Below, in pieces: positions 36,601 to 51,600 of a stretch of 54,533 nucleotides of DNA. The DNA comes from Polymyxa betae A26-41. Its lineage: Eukaryota > Protista > Endomyxa: Phytomyxea. The stretch is from assembly GCA_003693705.1 (NCBI GenBank), contig RBZT01000575.1, positions 1-54,533 on the forward strand. The letters are read 5' to 3'. A model generated the notes under the pieces. The model was not told the DNA's origin and made no database searches. It saw only the letters and a list, made by a program, of their open reading frames with translations. Each line of letters opens with the position of its first letter. Within the stretch, counting starts at the first letter, position 1. Both the position numbers and the translations under genes were made by a program.

Positions 36601-39600
36601 ATGTTACAGTGACATTGCTGCGTACAGGTAAAGCAGCAGGTGCCGCAGTAACAATGCTCGGGTCGGGAAGAACAGACAAAGTCAGATTGGTGGAAATCCA
36701 CTTAGAGGCAGTTGGAGTGAATTTAAGCGAAACATTGTACATTCCTGGGGGGATGTCAGTGGGAACTAGGCAAGATATCGTATCGGAAGTGAGTAATGTA
36801 GAGATGGTGGATGAGGTCGAGCCAAGACGACATTCTACATATCCTGTCTCAGGGAAGTCAGAGCCGATGACGGAATAAGCTGCCTTGGATACAACGGTAA
36901 CAGTTGGAACCAAACTTTGATATTGCGCTTTTGACGGCACAAATGAGAATAAAGCTAAGGAACGCTCGGATTCTAGTAAAGCGATTGATGGATTCAGTAC
37001 AGTAACATTGACATTGGGAGCGTCAACTTTCGGTACGATGCATATAGCGATTGTATCGCTGACGATTCGAGCGCTACTGAAAACGTCACCAAAACGGCAG
37101 AGTGACGTTTGGTTAGATACGATCGTGTCTCGGAAGCCGACTCCGGTGATATTGACAGAATCACCAGCATATCCCATAGACGGGTTCAACGATGAGATTA
37201 TCACCGGGCTTAGATATCGGAATACAACAACTTCATTGGGATCACCAATATCAATCGTTACATTCACAGCACCCACATCAATAAAGGGCGGTGTGATGCA
37301 AGACGCTTGGTTCGCAGATATAACATTAGCTGAAACGACTTTCGTAGCATTGAATATACACGACATTGGTTTTTTGAATCCGACGCCTGAGAGTGAGATG
37401 ATTTCTTGGCCAATACGCTGTCCATATATAGGAGCAATGGCTAGCAAACGGGGCAATAATGAAAAATTATAAGTCAATCTTCCATTATATGAAACAAGCC
37501 AGAGAGGCGATGTGATCTGTAACGTTACGGGTCCTGGTAATTGTGCCATTGGAGCAATGCATACGAGTTCAGTCGATGTTCGAATTGTAGCGAAGGTCGG
37601 CTCCTGAGTGCCAAACACACAAGAAAGCATGGCGCCAAGAGCCGTAAAACCAGCACCAGAAACAGTAACAGCTTGTCCTCCAGTTATAGGGCCTTCGGTC
37701 GGCGTTAACGATGATATTCGAATCGGATTTGCACATTGCAATGACGCATTGCCAGTCCCAGGGACAGTTGTAATCCCGCCATCGACTGATAGGCTCAAAT
37801 TGCCACATGTAGTAGCAAAGCAGATCACGGATTGTTTAGAAATAACGACCGCCTGTGACCAATCAGATTGACCGAATTTGCAATGCAAGGGATCTCGGAA
37901 TGAATCGCCACTGAGTGTGATAGGACCAGAACCATTCCCGAACATAGGAGAACTGGAATAAATAACCGGCAATGGCAGAATTTCAAAGGACAGTTGGGAC
38001 CAGAAATATTGAACTCCGTTCAGGGTGACAGAAACTGGTTGCAGCAAGGCAACATTGTTTTGCGGTGAATAGAATGATTGCCCAAGAGGCACCCAGCAAC
38101 GGATTGCCGTTTCGTTAATAAAAACAGCAAACGAAGTTACATTACCGAATGCACAAGCCAAGCTTGAAACATTCGTGAAGCCAATCCCGTATATCTCTAT
38201 CATCTGTGATCCCACCCCAGAATATGTGCTGAGCGCTTTCAGAGTGATGCTAGGAAGCATTGGCAAAGTGGTTTCAGCGCAAGCATCATCATTGCAAACA
38301 GCGAGAAAACTGGGATTGCTGTAAGGAGCAGAGGATGGAGTGGGAACATTGCATACAATCATGTTTGATTGTGCGGTGCGAACCAAACCAAGAACAACCG
38401 CACCCAGTCGGATCTGAGATTGAGTAGTGAATCCACTGCCGATAATGGTAATGACACCGGCTCGATCAGTATGAAGGAAATCAGGAATGATACGGTCAAC
38501 TGCCAGCGTTGAGTTGTTTGAAGCCAGCAGCAACGGAGATGACGACAGTGTTCTCGGGGTAAAAGCAACATGAAGCGTTGAAATGTCGACACCATTTGCA
38601 GTAAGCGTGACATTGACTGGTCCTGAAAAATTTATAACGCTAACTACTGGGGCATAGCACAGCATCGTTGTAGAGTTGAGGATACTCAAAATCGAAACGG
38701 AAGCTGATCCAAATCTAAGAGCACTCAGTTTAGTCAACTCAGTATGGAAACCCGCCCCAGTTATGGTCAGTATCGAGGTGGATTGTTCTGGGTCAGCGAT
38801 TGGAAATATTGAAATTAATCGGGGGCGTTCACCAAGCATGACGTTAGCAGGAACTTCTGAGAACTCGACACCATCGTTGCTAATAGCAACGTTGTAGCGA
38901 CCAGGAGCATCTGGAAGGGAAACCGATATAGTGACAAGTGAATCAGATCGCCATTGAGGTTGCTGTTGTAAGACTTGCTGGTTGAAGCGAATTCGCAACG
39001 TAGATGAATTGCGGAAACCGGAGCCAACAAGTGTCAGTAGGGCAGATGTTTTGGAAGGATATACCAAACTGGGCAGAACAGCTTCAACTTTCGGTGGCGT
39101 GATCAACTCGAAAGGCATCCAGCCTTGCACGCCTCCATCCAAAGTCAAATTATAGCCATGCGCAAAACATTGCAATTGTTGTGAGTTGATCCACACAGCT
39201 GGTGAGCGAAAATGCGAGTTCCAAATGCAGGTTCTGGGCTTGGATAACAGAGTTCCGTGTACACTAACTAATACAGCAGTCCCACGAGCGCCAGACGCAG
39301 GGTCAAGACTTACAATAACTGGAGTAGAAGAAACCAGATATAAAGGCACAGAGGAAGCACTAAGGATGCCGGCAACATTGACAGAGACAGTAGCATTGGG
39401 CTGCTGAGCACTGAATGCAGGAGTGACACATGTAACGGCGGTCGAATTGAGCTGTTCGGTGATCAAGACAGTAAAGTTGTCGAACACACAATAGATGGGC
39501 ATTGCGCTGAATCCGGAACCTGAAACAGTAATCACATCACCTCCAGCAAAGCTCCCGTAGACAGGCTGGATGTTCTGAACTGAAGGCTCTGGAACAACGC

Positions 39601-42600
39601 GAACAGAGCCGGCAACAACCCCACCAATGTAAACGTTTACAGTGCCCAACGAGACATTTAATTGGGATGTGCAGCTTACAATATTTGATGAAATCCGCTT
39701 GACCGGGCTCAGCACAGTTCCGATCTGACACATATCGGTTGACTTAAACTGTGAGCCTGTTACAGTAATAGCCATCCCTTGAATTATTCTCTTAGGATAG
39801 ACTTGCAAAGTGACGTTACGAAGGAATTCGACTGCTAAAGTGAGAACGGATCGTGAATCCGCAGAGATCCCATTCACTGAAGCAGATACGTTGAGAAGCC
39901 GAGTACCGTCGAAGTCATACGGAAATAGCAACAAAGGCACTCGGCAGAGTATCTACAATAAACTCAGATAGCTGTAAACAAATATAAAACGTAGAGATTA
40001 CTGTTGTGGGGTTAATGAACGAATACAATGGGACAGGAGAACTATCAAAATGGCATAGTGTAGAATTTGGAGTGAAGCCACTTCCTGTTATTGTAACAAT
40101 GGCCAGAGGAGAGGCCCGGACAGGCGTGATCGACGATATTAAAGGCCTTGAGATTATATAGATTGTTGGTGTTGCAGCTGTAAATGAAGCATAAGAACCG
40201 TTAAGTCGCACCGACAAATTCCAGATTTGCCCGGCAATCAATGAAGGTAGATTGCAAGTGAACGAATGTCCAGATCTAATGTAGAAGTGAGGAGATGTGA
40301 ACGCAGCGTTCGAAATTCCATTTAGAGTAGTCCAAATACAGTCAACGCGCGAATACGCATTTAAAGCAGTATTAATAGTGACGGTGACATTAGATGGTGT
40401 CTCGGCAGGAATTTTCGTGGGCGATATCGACTCGATGATAAAACCTTCTCCGTAGTGAATATAGCCACGTAAGGGATTGCCATAAAGATCCCTTGCATTA
40501 TTATTTCTCGAAACAAAAACAGCAGTGCGAGAGGTTACCGATACGGCAGGAGCATAACATACCACGAAAGTATCGGTGACAGTTACAGCCGGAGCAACGT
40601 TGCCGCTAGATAAGAAATGGACAAAGGAGACGTCGATGAATCCAGAACCATGAATTGTAATAGGGACACTGGCTCCAAGTGGTAGAGAAGCTGAAGGCAA
40701 AATATAATCAATGTGCACAGGCGCATCGACGACGAACACATTGCCATCATCACTTCCATCAATTTCTACAACGTATTTTCCTGGTTTCATTACAGAGGGT
40801 ACTTGACATCGTGCGGAAGATGAAGAAAGGGCTGAGAGAGTCGAAGACGATATCACAACACCTTTTGAACGGAGAAAACGACACTGAGATCCACTTGCAG
40901 CATTAGGTCCAAACAAAGTCAGCACAGTCGATGGTGAGCCACGAGTAGGTAAAATACTGTCAATATGAGGAGCAGCAACGTATGTGAACACAAGCGGATT
41001 TCCAATGGCGCTGTTTAAGGAAACAGTGACATTACAGGGTAAAGTTGGACAGTATGGTGGTTTGGGGATGCCGCACAGGATTTTTGTGCTGGAAACGTAG
41101 CTGAGAGGAGCTATCGCTATCTGATTTGTAATATTATTGCCATTCCAGACGCAAGCTGTTATGGTGTCGGACGAGAAACCGGAGCCGAGAACAGTGATAA
41201 TGCGGTTGCCAGTAACGATCGGACCCGATATGGGTGCATATGCAGGGTAAATCGAAGATACAACCGGAGCTGCAACAACTCGGATGTGAGCACGTCCAGT
41301 CACGATGGAGCCTTCTACAACATCGATAATAACATTGCCAACAGATAGTGGTGGTACGACACATGACACACTAAATGAAGAAATCCAACGTGATGAAACC
41401 AAACTAGAGGACCCACCGATACGACACGAACGGCTGTTGCTTGGATAATCACTGACTTTATGAGGGAACAACAGCGTAATCCGATTGAATTGTTTTGAAT
41501 CGGTTATAGTACTAGGATGCGGAGTAATAACAGCCGGTTGTATGGAAGCAGATGTAGATATTGCTTTGGCAGGGGTCTGATACTTGACGATCAGTGCTGG
41601 ACTCGGAATCGTAATGCTGTTTAGCATTACAGTTACTTGCACAGTTGACGTTAGCGATGGTAAAATAGGTGGACAGACACACTCAAGAGTCGTTGTCGAA
41701 ATAGCAACAGAAGTCGAACGTTGGCTTCCATTAAACCAGCATGAAAGATTAGCAGATGGACTAAACCCATTGCCCACCAATGTAAGAGTAGTCAGTGGAG
41801 TGTCAGGATTTACAACATTCGGAAAAATCGACGAAACACGTGGAGCATCAGTTAACGTTACAAGCATACGCGAAAATATCCATTCATTCGAACGTGAACG
41901 GTAAAGCCCAATACGAGCCGGAGCTGGACTGAAAATATAAACGTTAGGGATGTGGCATTGCAACACTTCATCGGTTTGTAAAGTAAAGGAAGTAATAATG
42001 TTGTTAGGCGATCCAACACTGACGGCAACAACGAAGGACAAATAAGATCCGGTAATCGTAAGCAGCTTAGAAACAGGTTCCAACTGTAGCCCATCTATGG
42101 TAGTTCTTTGCACAATATATTCGAATTGGAGAGCATTGTCTACAAACAACTCCCCAAGAGCGACATTGACCCCAATCACAGTGTTATTTTTTAAATCCAA
42201 CAACTGAGGAATCTGGCAAATAACATACCCTTGAGAAGAACATACCTCAGGGTGCACAAACTGTAGAGACTCGGAAGAAACTACACATAGAATGGAGCCG
42301 CAAATGATGTTGCTGGCAGTAAGGTTTACAAATGTTCCAGAAACACCAGAGGACGGAGAAACAGCAGATATAACGGGAAGTGAGACAAGAGTGAGATTCC
42401 AACCCAGCGACAAAGGGACAACATTGTAACCAGCGGACGTCGTCACTGAGAAAGGAACAGATACACTAGAAGTATTGAGCATTGGTGATCCTAGATGTGA
42501 TTGAGAAAGAAGAATGCTAGTGATAATAAACTTACTAAATTGAAGATGGGTGTCATTGACGATATTCACTGGGACCGCAACAGTTTTTCCAGGAGAATGA

Positions 42601-45600
42601 ATGGAGGCATAGGCAGTGGCGATATTCAGAAAGTTACTGCCCTTTATCGTGATTACAGTATTACCATATGTAGAGGAGAATTGCGGATGGTAAGAAGTCG
42701 ATGTCGGTGAAGCGCGGATCGCGACGGATCCCACAGATTCGAACTCCTGGAGTGAGGGATTTCCAGAAAATTCGACTAAGACTTTCCCGAAAGCATAGCT
42801 TGATGCATTGAATAAGCATCCTGGCATTATGCTAGGATGTGACGAGATTGCAGAGGTAAATTCAATACCCGCTATCCTGAATGACCCAAAAGTAGAAACA
42901 TTGCTTTGCAGTCCATTGACCGGATTGAGCACGAGCTTGGAGTCGGTCCAGTTGTCGTAATTAGAAAGCGACGCAGTTGATAGTTGGAATTGATCGTGAA
43001 TGATAAAGAGCACTTTAACCGGATCTGCAAGGATGGGGAAACCGGCGATATTGTCGCAAGCGGTGAAATTAACAACAGTATCATGTAACATATTTGGCAA
43101 TGTGCAAATTATAATGCTGCTTGACTGCACTGTAAAATTTACATTTAAGATCTCATTGAAATGTCGCGCCTGAATAGCAGTTGTGGACGAAAACCTAAGA
43201 TATGTAAGAAAATTTGGTCATGCTTGACTAACGACGTACCTGCTACCAGATAATGTAACTACAGCTGGGCGACCTTGAGCAAAATTGACCACGGAAGGAT
43301 TGACACTCAGAATTAATGGAGGTGGGATGATATTGAGAACTGATTGTGACGTAGCTTCTGACCAATCAGAGGCATTGTTTGTGCTGATTTGGATGGTAAC
43401 ATTATTTACAGACAATGAAAACTCAGGAAGTATGCAAGAAATCTGCTGATCAGATATATAACCGGAATTCAGCCGAATGCTTCCGGAGCTAGAGCGGCAT
43501 AGAGCATCGGGGTTAAATCCAGACCCAAAGATAGTAATTTCCACTGGGCATCCAGCAAAAGCAGATGATGGCCATACACGAGAAACAGTCGGGTAGTCAA
43601 TGACCTTGACGACATGATCAGAAGGTGTCCAAAATTGTCCCCAATTCAAAGAAATTGCCACAGAGGTCGTTTTTGAGGAGAGGATTGCAGAGGGCGTTAC
43701 ACAGTGGATCGCACCTGGCAATAAACTCGTAGCAGGCACAACGACATCACCGAGTTTACAGGAAGCGGAATAAACAGAATGGTCAGCTAGATAACCATGC
43801 TTGAAGCCCGATCCTGTAATTGTGACAATCGTTGTCCCAGGGATAAGCCGATTCGGAGTCACATTGTCAATCAGAGGTGGATCGAAGATCTATAGAGAGT
43901 AAATGTAAATCTTGACATAAGAAATCGTGATGGCCTTACCTCAATAGTCCTATAACTAAATAATGATGACTTCTTATCATAGCCACAGTTGGCTAGAACA
44001 GTCACATTCCATTGGCCTGCATACAAAGGAGACGATCGGCATATCAGCTGTTCTGGAGAAATCAGCAACGAAGGAAATGTTACGGATCCATTGCCTATCA
44101 AGCAGCATGAAGATGAAGAGAAGTTCCGGCCATTAACCGTAATCAAGATATCATATCCGGATGGAGATTGCGTTGGATAAACCGATAGGATCTCAGGAGG
44201 ATTCACAAAACTGAAAGTGCTGGGAGCGGTTTGATTTCTGATTGATATAGGCACATTTGATAATGGCTCCGGTACAGATGGTGATAGACAAGTTATTATA
44301 GTGGACGATAGTAATAACGCTGAAGCGGAAAAATTGCCGAACCAACAACTATCATTTTGGTAAAAACGAGAGCCCTGCAGCGTTAAAGCGGTCCCGCCGG
44401 ATGTCGAGCCAATCAATACAGGCGATACACTCACGATGTCCGGTAGAGTTTCTGTATACTGGAATACAGCCTGGCCAAAAAAGTCCAAACCGTTGAAGGA
44501 CACTGAAATGTAAACACTGATAGCTTGATCTAAATTACTGGGAACAACGCATTGTAGAAATGAAGTTGAAAACATGCTTACAGCAGGCGACAAAAAGGTG
44601 CCGAACCGACATACAGGTGTTGAATACAGAACAAAACCTGACCCTGTAATATTAACCACATCGCCAGCCGCCCCTGAATCTGGAAAGATATTCGTAACCG
44701 TGGGGTAGGATGGCAAATAGTAAAACCCAACGTCATCATTTGAGGACCCTATCTCCAGAGGAACATGTCCACCAGGAGCGCCAGGTGCAGGACATATAGC
44801 CCGAGATGAATTTGGAAAGAAGATAATGTCGGAGTCGACAGAGCCAAAGTGACATTTGTACGAATCGAATCCTGATCCTGAAACGGTCACCAGTGTTCCA
44901 CTGACACCGAAACCAGGGGTGATAGAAGTAACGCTGACCACAGAAGACAGTAGCATCACAGATCCTAATTACGAGTGAGTAAGCTGAATTTACACTTTTC
45001 GGGCAGAATACAGACCAACAGTCAAACTTAATTGCTCGGTTTCCAGATACAGCAGTGAGGCAGATCCGAGTTTTTGCATCGCAAGTTTGCCATCACAGAT
45101 GACATCTGTATCATTAACGAGCGTAGCTGTCTCAACTATATCTGATCCGAAGCGACAGCGCCATGGCTCGCAGCTTGATCGAAAGTTTCCGCCCTTAATG
45201 GTGAAGAATGAAAGCGATTTTGATGGGACAACCGACGATGCAAAAGGAGTTTGACGCTCATAAAGAAGAGGACCTCTCGCAAAATCGACCCCGTTGTTAG
45301 ATACGAATACTGTGCGATTAGCAGACGTAACGCCAGCGAAAGGGCAATATATTGTACCAGAAGATTGCCATGCAGCGGGTTCTGATGAATTGGCACCGAT
45401 GGAGCATCTGAGAATCAGTTAGAAAAACTTATTTCTGTGGTCTAGCAGAATACCGTAAAAAGTCTGTTTGCACAAAACCAGTGCCAACTATAGTAACAAT
45501 ACTCGAACCGAGAGGATGAGAAGCACTTTGAATAACAATGTCATCGTTGGCGGTGAAAATAAGCTGATCGGAGAACGAAACGCCATCGTTGGTAACATCA

Positions 45601-48600
45601 AGTGCATACGGTCCCGAAACTGGGAATTCTGGTACTATGCAAACTGCAACTTTTGATGTGGATACAGATGCACCAGTGACGTTGGAAGTTGAATTCCAAC
45701 GACATTTGAGCTGATTTTCTAGGAAAAGATCCCCATGGATAGTAACGTATGTCCCCCCAGAGACAGAACCAAAATTGGGAAAGATGAATTGAACTGAAGG
45801 GATTGGGCTGTAGCTCAAATACTGGGACGTAGCTGACCAATCGCGGCCACCGTTGTTGCTGATTTCGACTGAAACCATTGCAGTACCAGACATTTCATCA
45901 AATAATGGGGTCGCGCAAAAAGCTTTTCCAATGTAACTGTTATTGACTGTAGGAGAGCTCAAAACCGACGCTGATGTCTGGTAAAATCCTCCATATCTAA
46001 GGGATAAATTGGAATATGCAGGCTCATGACGACGGGTTGCTTACCTGCAAATTAAGCTTGATGAATTGTAGAATTCGTGGCCTGATAACGTGACGACAAC
46101 GCTACCGCCGAAAGATGAGAACGATGGTGCTATCGAAACAATAGCAGGCGATAAATATAAGAAACTGCTATTGGTAGAAGACCAATCGCGGCCATTGTTG
46201 CTTGCACGAATCACAGCAGATCGGTGCGAATAGCTAATCGGTGCTGAACACAGAATTCTGTTCGAAGATATATATGAAGCGGGAACGCTTTGCAGTCCGA
46301 ATTGGCAACTCAGCGTAAACATCGGGCGGAAATTAGAACCAATGACAGTAACAAGGGTCCCGTTAGTACCAACAGAAGGATCTGTTGACGTAATGATGAT
46401 ATCAGGCTCAAATTCAAAGACAGACTCAGACTGAGTGCGCAGAGAAGTTTGTGTAGCTGAAACTTCGACGATATAAACGCCAGGAGAGGAGAGTGCTGGT
46501 GTCACAACATGAAGTTCATTGTTAGAAATAAACTTCGCTTGTAGTGAAGCTCCACCTGATTAAAAGTGGAATCAACGAAACGTATAAAAAACGCTCATGT
46601 AGCTTACCGCTAAAATGGGCAAAGGAGCCCGGCACAAAGTTAGATCCGGAAATTGTAAGCAAGGTTCCGCCAGACTGAGGACCAAATGCTGGCGTTAACA
46701 TCGCGGTGGAGATTGGAACGGATAGTGATATAAAAGTCGGGCTGAAAAAATCGTAATTGTTCGTCGAGACTTCCATATATGTTCCTGGCCCAGATGTATA
46801 GGGTATTGTGCAAAATGCTTTTGTGCTACTGGATACATTCCATGACGAGACCTGGATGGCAAGCTCAGACAAATATAAAGTCTCAATAACCATATTACTG
46901 TGTAAATAGCGCCATTATTTGCAAATTTACACCAAAGGCTTCCAGACAGGAAACTCTTGCCAGTTATGGTAACGGTCTCTCCGCCTAGAATCGTAGGTCC
47001 AGAGGAAACCACGTTGGATATAGAAGGGACATCAATGAAGGTGAACGATGCAGAAGAATTGCTGAATTGAGCTCCGTTGATTGCAACCGAAATACCCACA
47101 TGACCAGTCGAGGGATATGCTGGAGCACGGCAAGCTATGAGGTTGGAATTGATGAAGATCGCATCATAACTATGGGCAGGGGTTCAGTTAACCGCAGTGC
47201 AGCGAGCAGGCATGCATACCTGATGACATCGCCGAATTTGCAAGCAAGTTCGTCTCTTTGCAAGAATCCAGAGCCTGATATTGTGACCATCGTAATGTTG
47301 GCGTAGCCAGATATTGGTGAAGCTATAAGTATTGGAGAGATATCGGGATATACAGAAATGGTTATTCCAAAGTTGGTAAATCGCTGTGCATCATATGATA
47401 GCTCGAAAGAATAAGAGCCTGGAATGGGCAACGCTGGAACAGGACATATTACACTGGAAATCATGATTGAAGATGCCCAAGAGGTATAGCTAGACTGGCC
47501 TAATTTGAATCGACACACAATGCCAGTAACATTGAGAAAGTTGTTTCCATAGGCAGTGATGCTGGCTCCATTTGGTAGAACCCCAAAATATTCTGGCACG
47601 ACAAAATCTATGGTGGGATCGGGGTATAGATAAAACATTTTCGAATTGGACCATTGCTGGCCATTAGAAGTGAACTCAACTGGCAGAGAGGAAGCATTGA
47701 CGGTTGGGGTCAGGCATGAAATTGTGGTGCTGTTCAAATACATTGCAGGCATAATAACAGACTTGTCAAGCCGGCATCGTATTGTGGTAACATTTTTTGC
47801 ACCGTTTACATGCAAGTTGATTTTGGTATTTCCAGACTGAGGGCCGACACCAGGAACTATGGTAAATACCAAAGGATCTTCAGTATATTCGAAAGAGACG
47901 TTGGAATTACTGAAATCAACCCCGTTTGAGCTGATTTCTAATGCAACGACTCCTGGTAAGAGCTTGTCAGGAACTTTGCACCAAACCGTCGTCGAATTCA
48001 CAAAATTATATTCAGCAATTAGATCAAGACCGAAACGACAGCGTGACAAAGGATTCTCCACAAATCCTGTGCCAGAAACAAGCACGAAATAGCCCCCGGT
48101 AACTCCCCCATGATTTGGACTAATGGCAATTACTGCGATATCCGGATTGAAAGTGTAGGTAGAATCGCCTGTGGAAATATCGATCAAGTTTGTTGTTGCG
48201 TACACTGGAACAATGCCGGTCACGTTTCCGACATTATTGGGTATTTGCAGTAGCAATTGAGACGATGTTTTGTAAATTGCACTAATGAACGACCCGGTGC
48301 CAAACTTGAGCCATACCGGGTCTCGAAAATATCGTCCGGTTACAGTTGATATAACACCTCCACCTGACGCCGGCTTAAACGCAGGTGAGATATCGTCGAT
48401 AATAGGGAGATAGACGTAGCTAAAATGTAAATTTGACACAATCATATCGGTCCCGTTATTCACACTGATACCAATAATGACATCATCTTCTGCATTTCCG
48501 CCAGAAGTGAGACACGAGATCGCGGTGTCATTGCGCTGGATGACTGGAGTCCAATCTGAGCCGAAAAGGCAAGAGGAAACGTTAGATAGCGATGTTCCAA

Positions 48601-51600
48601 AGATCGTCACTAAAGTGTTGCCATTAAAATTGCCATGGTCGGGTGAAATTGCAGTTATAGCGGGAACACCAGTATAGCTGAAAGTTTGCAAGCTAGAAAC
48701 ATAATCTTGATCGTTGTCGCTGATGTAAATAACGACATCCATTGGAACTAAAGATTCTGGGGCCGCACAAGTTATAGTTGATGCATTAAGCCAGATTGCT
48801 GCAACAGGATCCATGGGACCGAATTTACAGTTGATCCAGCGTTGATTCGTGAATGATTTTCCATATAGCGTAACAGTGGTATGCGAGTTAATCACACCAA
48901 TTGTGGGCGTAATAGCGGAAACCATTGGCGGAACCGTGTGAAAAAGGCTGATCTTATTGGAATCATAATCCACTCCATTGAGGGTAACCTCGACGAAGCT
49001 CGACATGGTTGTTGAAGAAAAAACAATAGGAGACAAGCAGCGAATCAACGTTGGTGAAATATAGATGGAGCTTGAAGAGATATTCACACCGCCAAAACGG
49101 CAGTGCAAGGCTGCAGATGCAGCGAACCCAGTTCCAGTAACGTTAAGCCAGTTGGATTGGCCATTTGCCGGAAAGGATGTTGGCCATACTGAAAGAATCA
49201 CAGGCACATCGGTGTATGTGAAAGTGATGCCAGTGCCTGTAAAATCAATGCCGCCGTTGTTCGATACTTTAACGAGAACGGATCCGGAAGCAGCAACAAT
49301 GGGTGATAAACATATAACAGTTTGATTTGAAATAAATTCAGCCCGGGTGATGATACTCCCATTGAATTGACAATATAGACCTTCGTCGATAATATCGTTC
49401 ACGAACGAATTACTATTAGCAACTTGAATGAAAACTGAAGTTCCACCTCGGGTTGTCCCATTATTTGGGCCAATAAACTTGTAGACAAAAGCATCATCAT
49501 ACATAAAATCAATGCTGGAAGTAAATGATACATAGTTGTCAGCAACGCTAAAAGGAACTATGCCAGAAGATATTGCAGAGGGAGCCTTACATGAAATCAT
49601 CGTTGATGAAATCCATTTGGCTGCGACGATAGCTGATCCAAAACGGCATCGGGTGGCGTCATTATCTGAGGTGAAATTTGCTCCAATAGCGGTAACAGCA
49701 GTGCCTCCTGACACAGGACCCCTTGTTGGATGCATCAGATTTAGTACAGGCGCTGAAGCGACATAAGTAAATTGAAGCGAATCGATGGACCAATCGGCGC
49801 CATTATTCGAGCTCAAGGCAACTTGATAGGTGCCTGGAGCTTGAGATGGAGCCGTACAGGATATTAAAGTCCCAGAAATGTAATGAGCTGGTACAATTAA
49901 GGATTCGAATTTGCAAACGGTTGCGGAAGATTCGAATCCTTGACCGGTTATATTAACTGATAGACCAGATTGCCCGAAAGCTGGGCGAATACTGCTGATG
50001 TTGACTGGATAAGACAGCTTTAGAGTTTGATAGGCACCGTCAAATTTCTGATGATAAAATCTTCAGGAACAAACCAAGAGTAGAGCAATTGTGACTCACC
50101 TGGCCATCATTTGACACAGAAACGTTAAGTGTGCAAGGCTCCAAACTAGATGGCGTCTGGCAGATTACAGTTGTAGCATTAATGTAGATTGCCGAAACAG
50201 TATAATCGGACAACACGATGGAACTATCAGCTGCAAACCGGCATGAAATCGTATCCACATTCATGAACCCAGATCCAAAAACCTGCAATGACGTTCCTCC
50301 TATTCACTACAGTTAGATTGAGTTCAACGATCCCGTAAGTGCAAACCCTTCATTGTAGAACTGCTCACCGACATCGATGAGACGTTTGCGACGTCGTAAA
50401 TTGTGAAGTCAATATCAGAAGTCTCGAACAGGCCATCGTAACCATTTGAGAATTTAAATTTGAAAGTCCCAGAAGTATCATGGGCCGGTACTTGGCATAG
50501 CACTTCTGATGATGAGACGTACCTATGTTGAATGTCAGAGCCATGAATAACAAATTAGCAAAACAATACGTTGCTTTTGAAGACAATGAGCCGTAAAACC
50601 CACACATCAGGCTAGGTGATAGCCTGAAGTTATCACCAATGACGCTGATAATTGTTCCCCCAGAAGCTGCAGCAATATTCGGCTTAATTGAAGTGATTGT
50701 GACATTAGGAAATAAATTAAACTGTCGGAGAGGTGAGAGCAAGCCAGAAATATTGGCTTTTTACCTCGATGGAATTTGTATGCCAGTACCACGAGTTGGT
50801 CAACTGGATTGAGTATGTGCCACTTGTCTACCATCAAAAGTTTTAACGTTTAGAGTTCGAAAGGAAATAGATCGCCTACTGTGGCAAGAGGTAGAGCGCA
50901 TTGAGCTGAGGACGTGGTCACAACTAAGGCAGGGGACGTCGCTCCATTTGAGAGCATGCAGTAAATCTGACTGCGCCCAGAAGCCAGGAGGCTGGATCCG
51001 ATTAAGGTCAGATTGACCAGAGTAGAGAGGTGAGCGATTTTTGGAACCACTTCTGAAATGGTCCCAAGTCGAACATAATCGAGCAAAAGACCTATATTAA
51101 GCGCCAATTACAAAACGCCGATAAAGGAAAAATGGCATCCTATTTACCTTGGTTGGTGAACTGCTGATTATTAAGGGAAATTTCGACAGTTACCGAGCCA
51201 GCAGCAGAATAAGGCGCTAAACATCGGATTTCTGTCGATGATGTAAATGTAGCAGTAACTGCTTCAGAATTCTTTCCAAATTTACAGACTAACGAAGATC
51301 CAGTGGAAACAAAGTTTGAGCCAGTGATTGTGACAATTACATTGCCATCGACAGATATTTCACGAGGCGAGATTGAGCTTAAAAAGACATTTTCAGTGAA
51401 CTGGAAGCTGATCGTGCTATTAGTCCAATCAACGGCATTCGTGGTGAGGGCGAACCGTGTTGTGCCAACAGATAGACTCGGCGGTACCACACAGGTTACA
51501 GAGTTGTTCGACAGCCAAATAGCCGGGACAGACCACGTCTCGTTGAACCAACGGCAAGCAAGTTCCTCCGAATTTGCAAAATTGCTGCCAAATACCGTGA

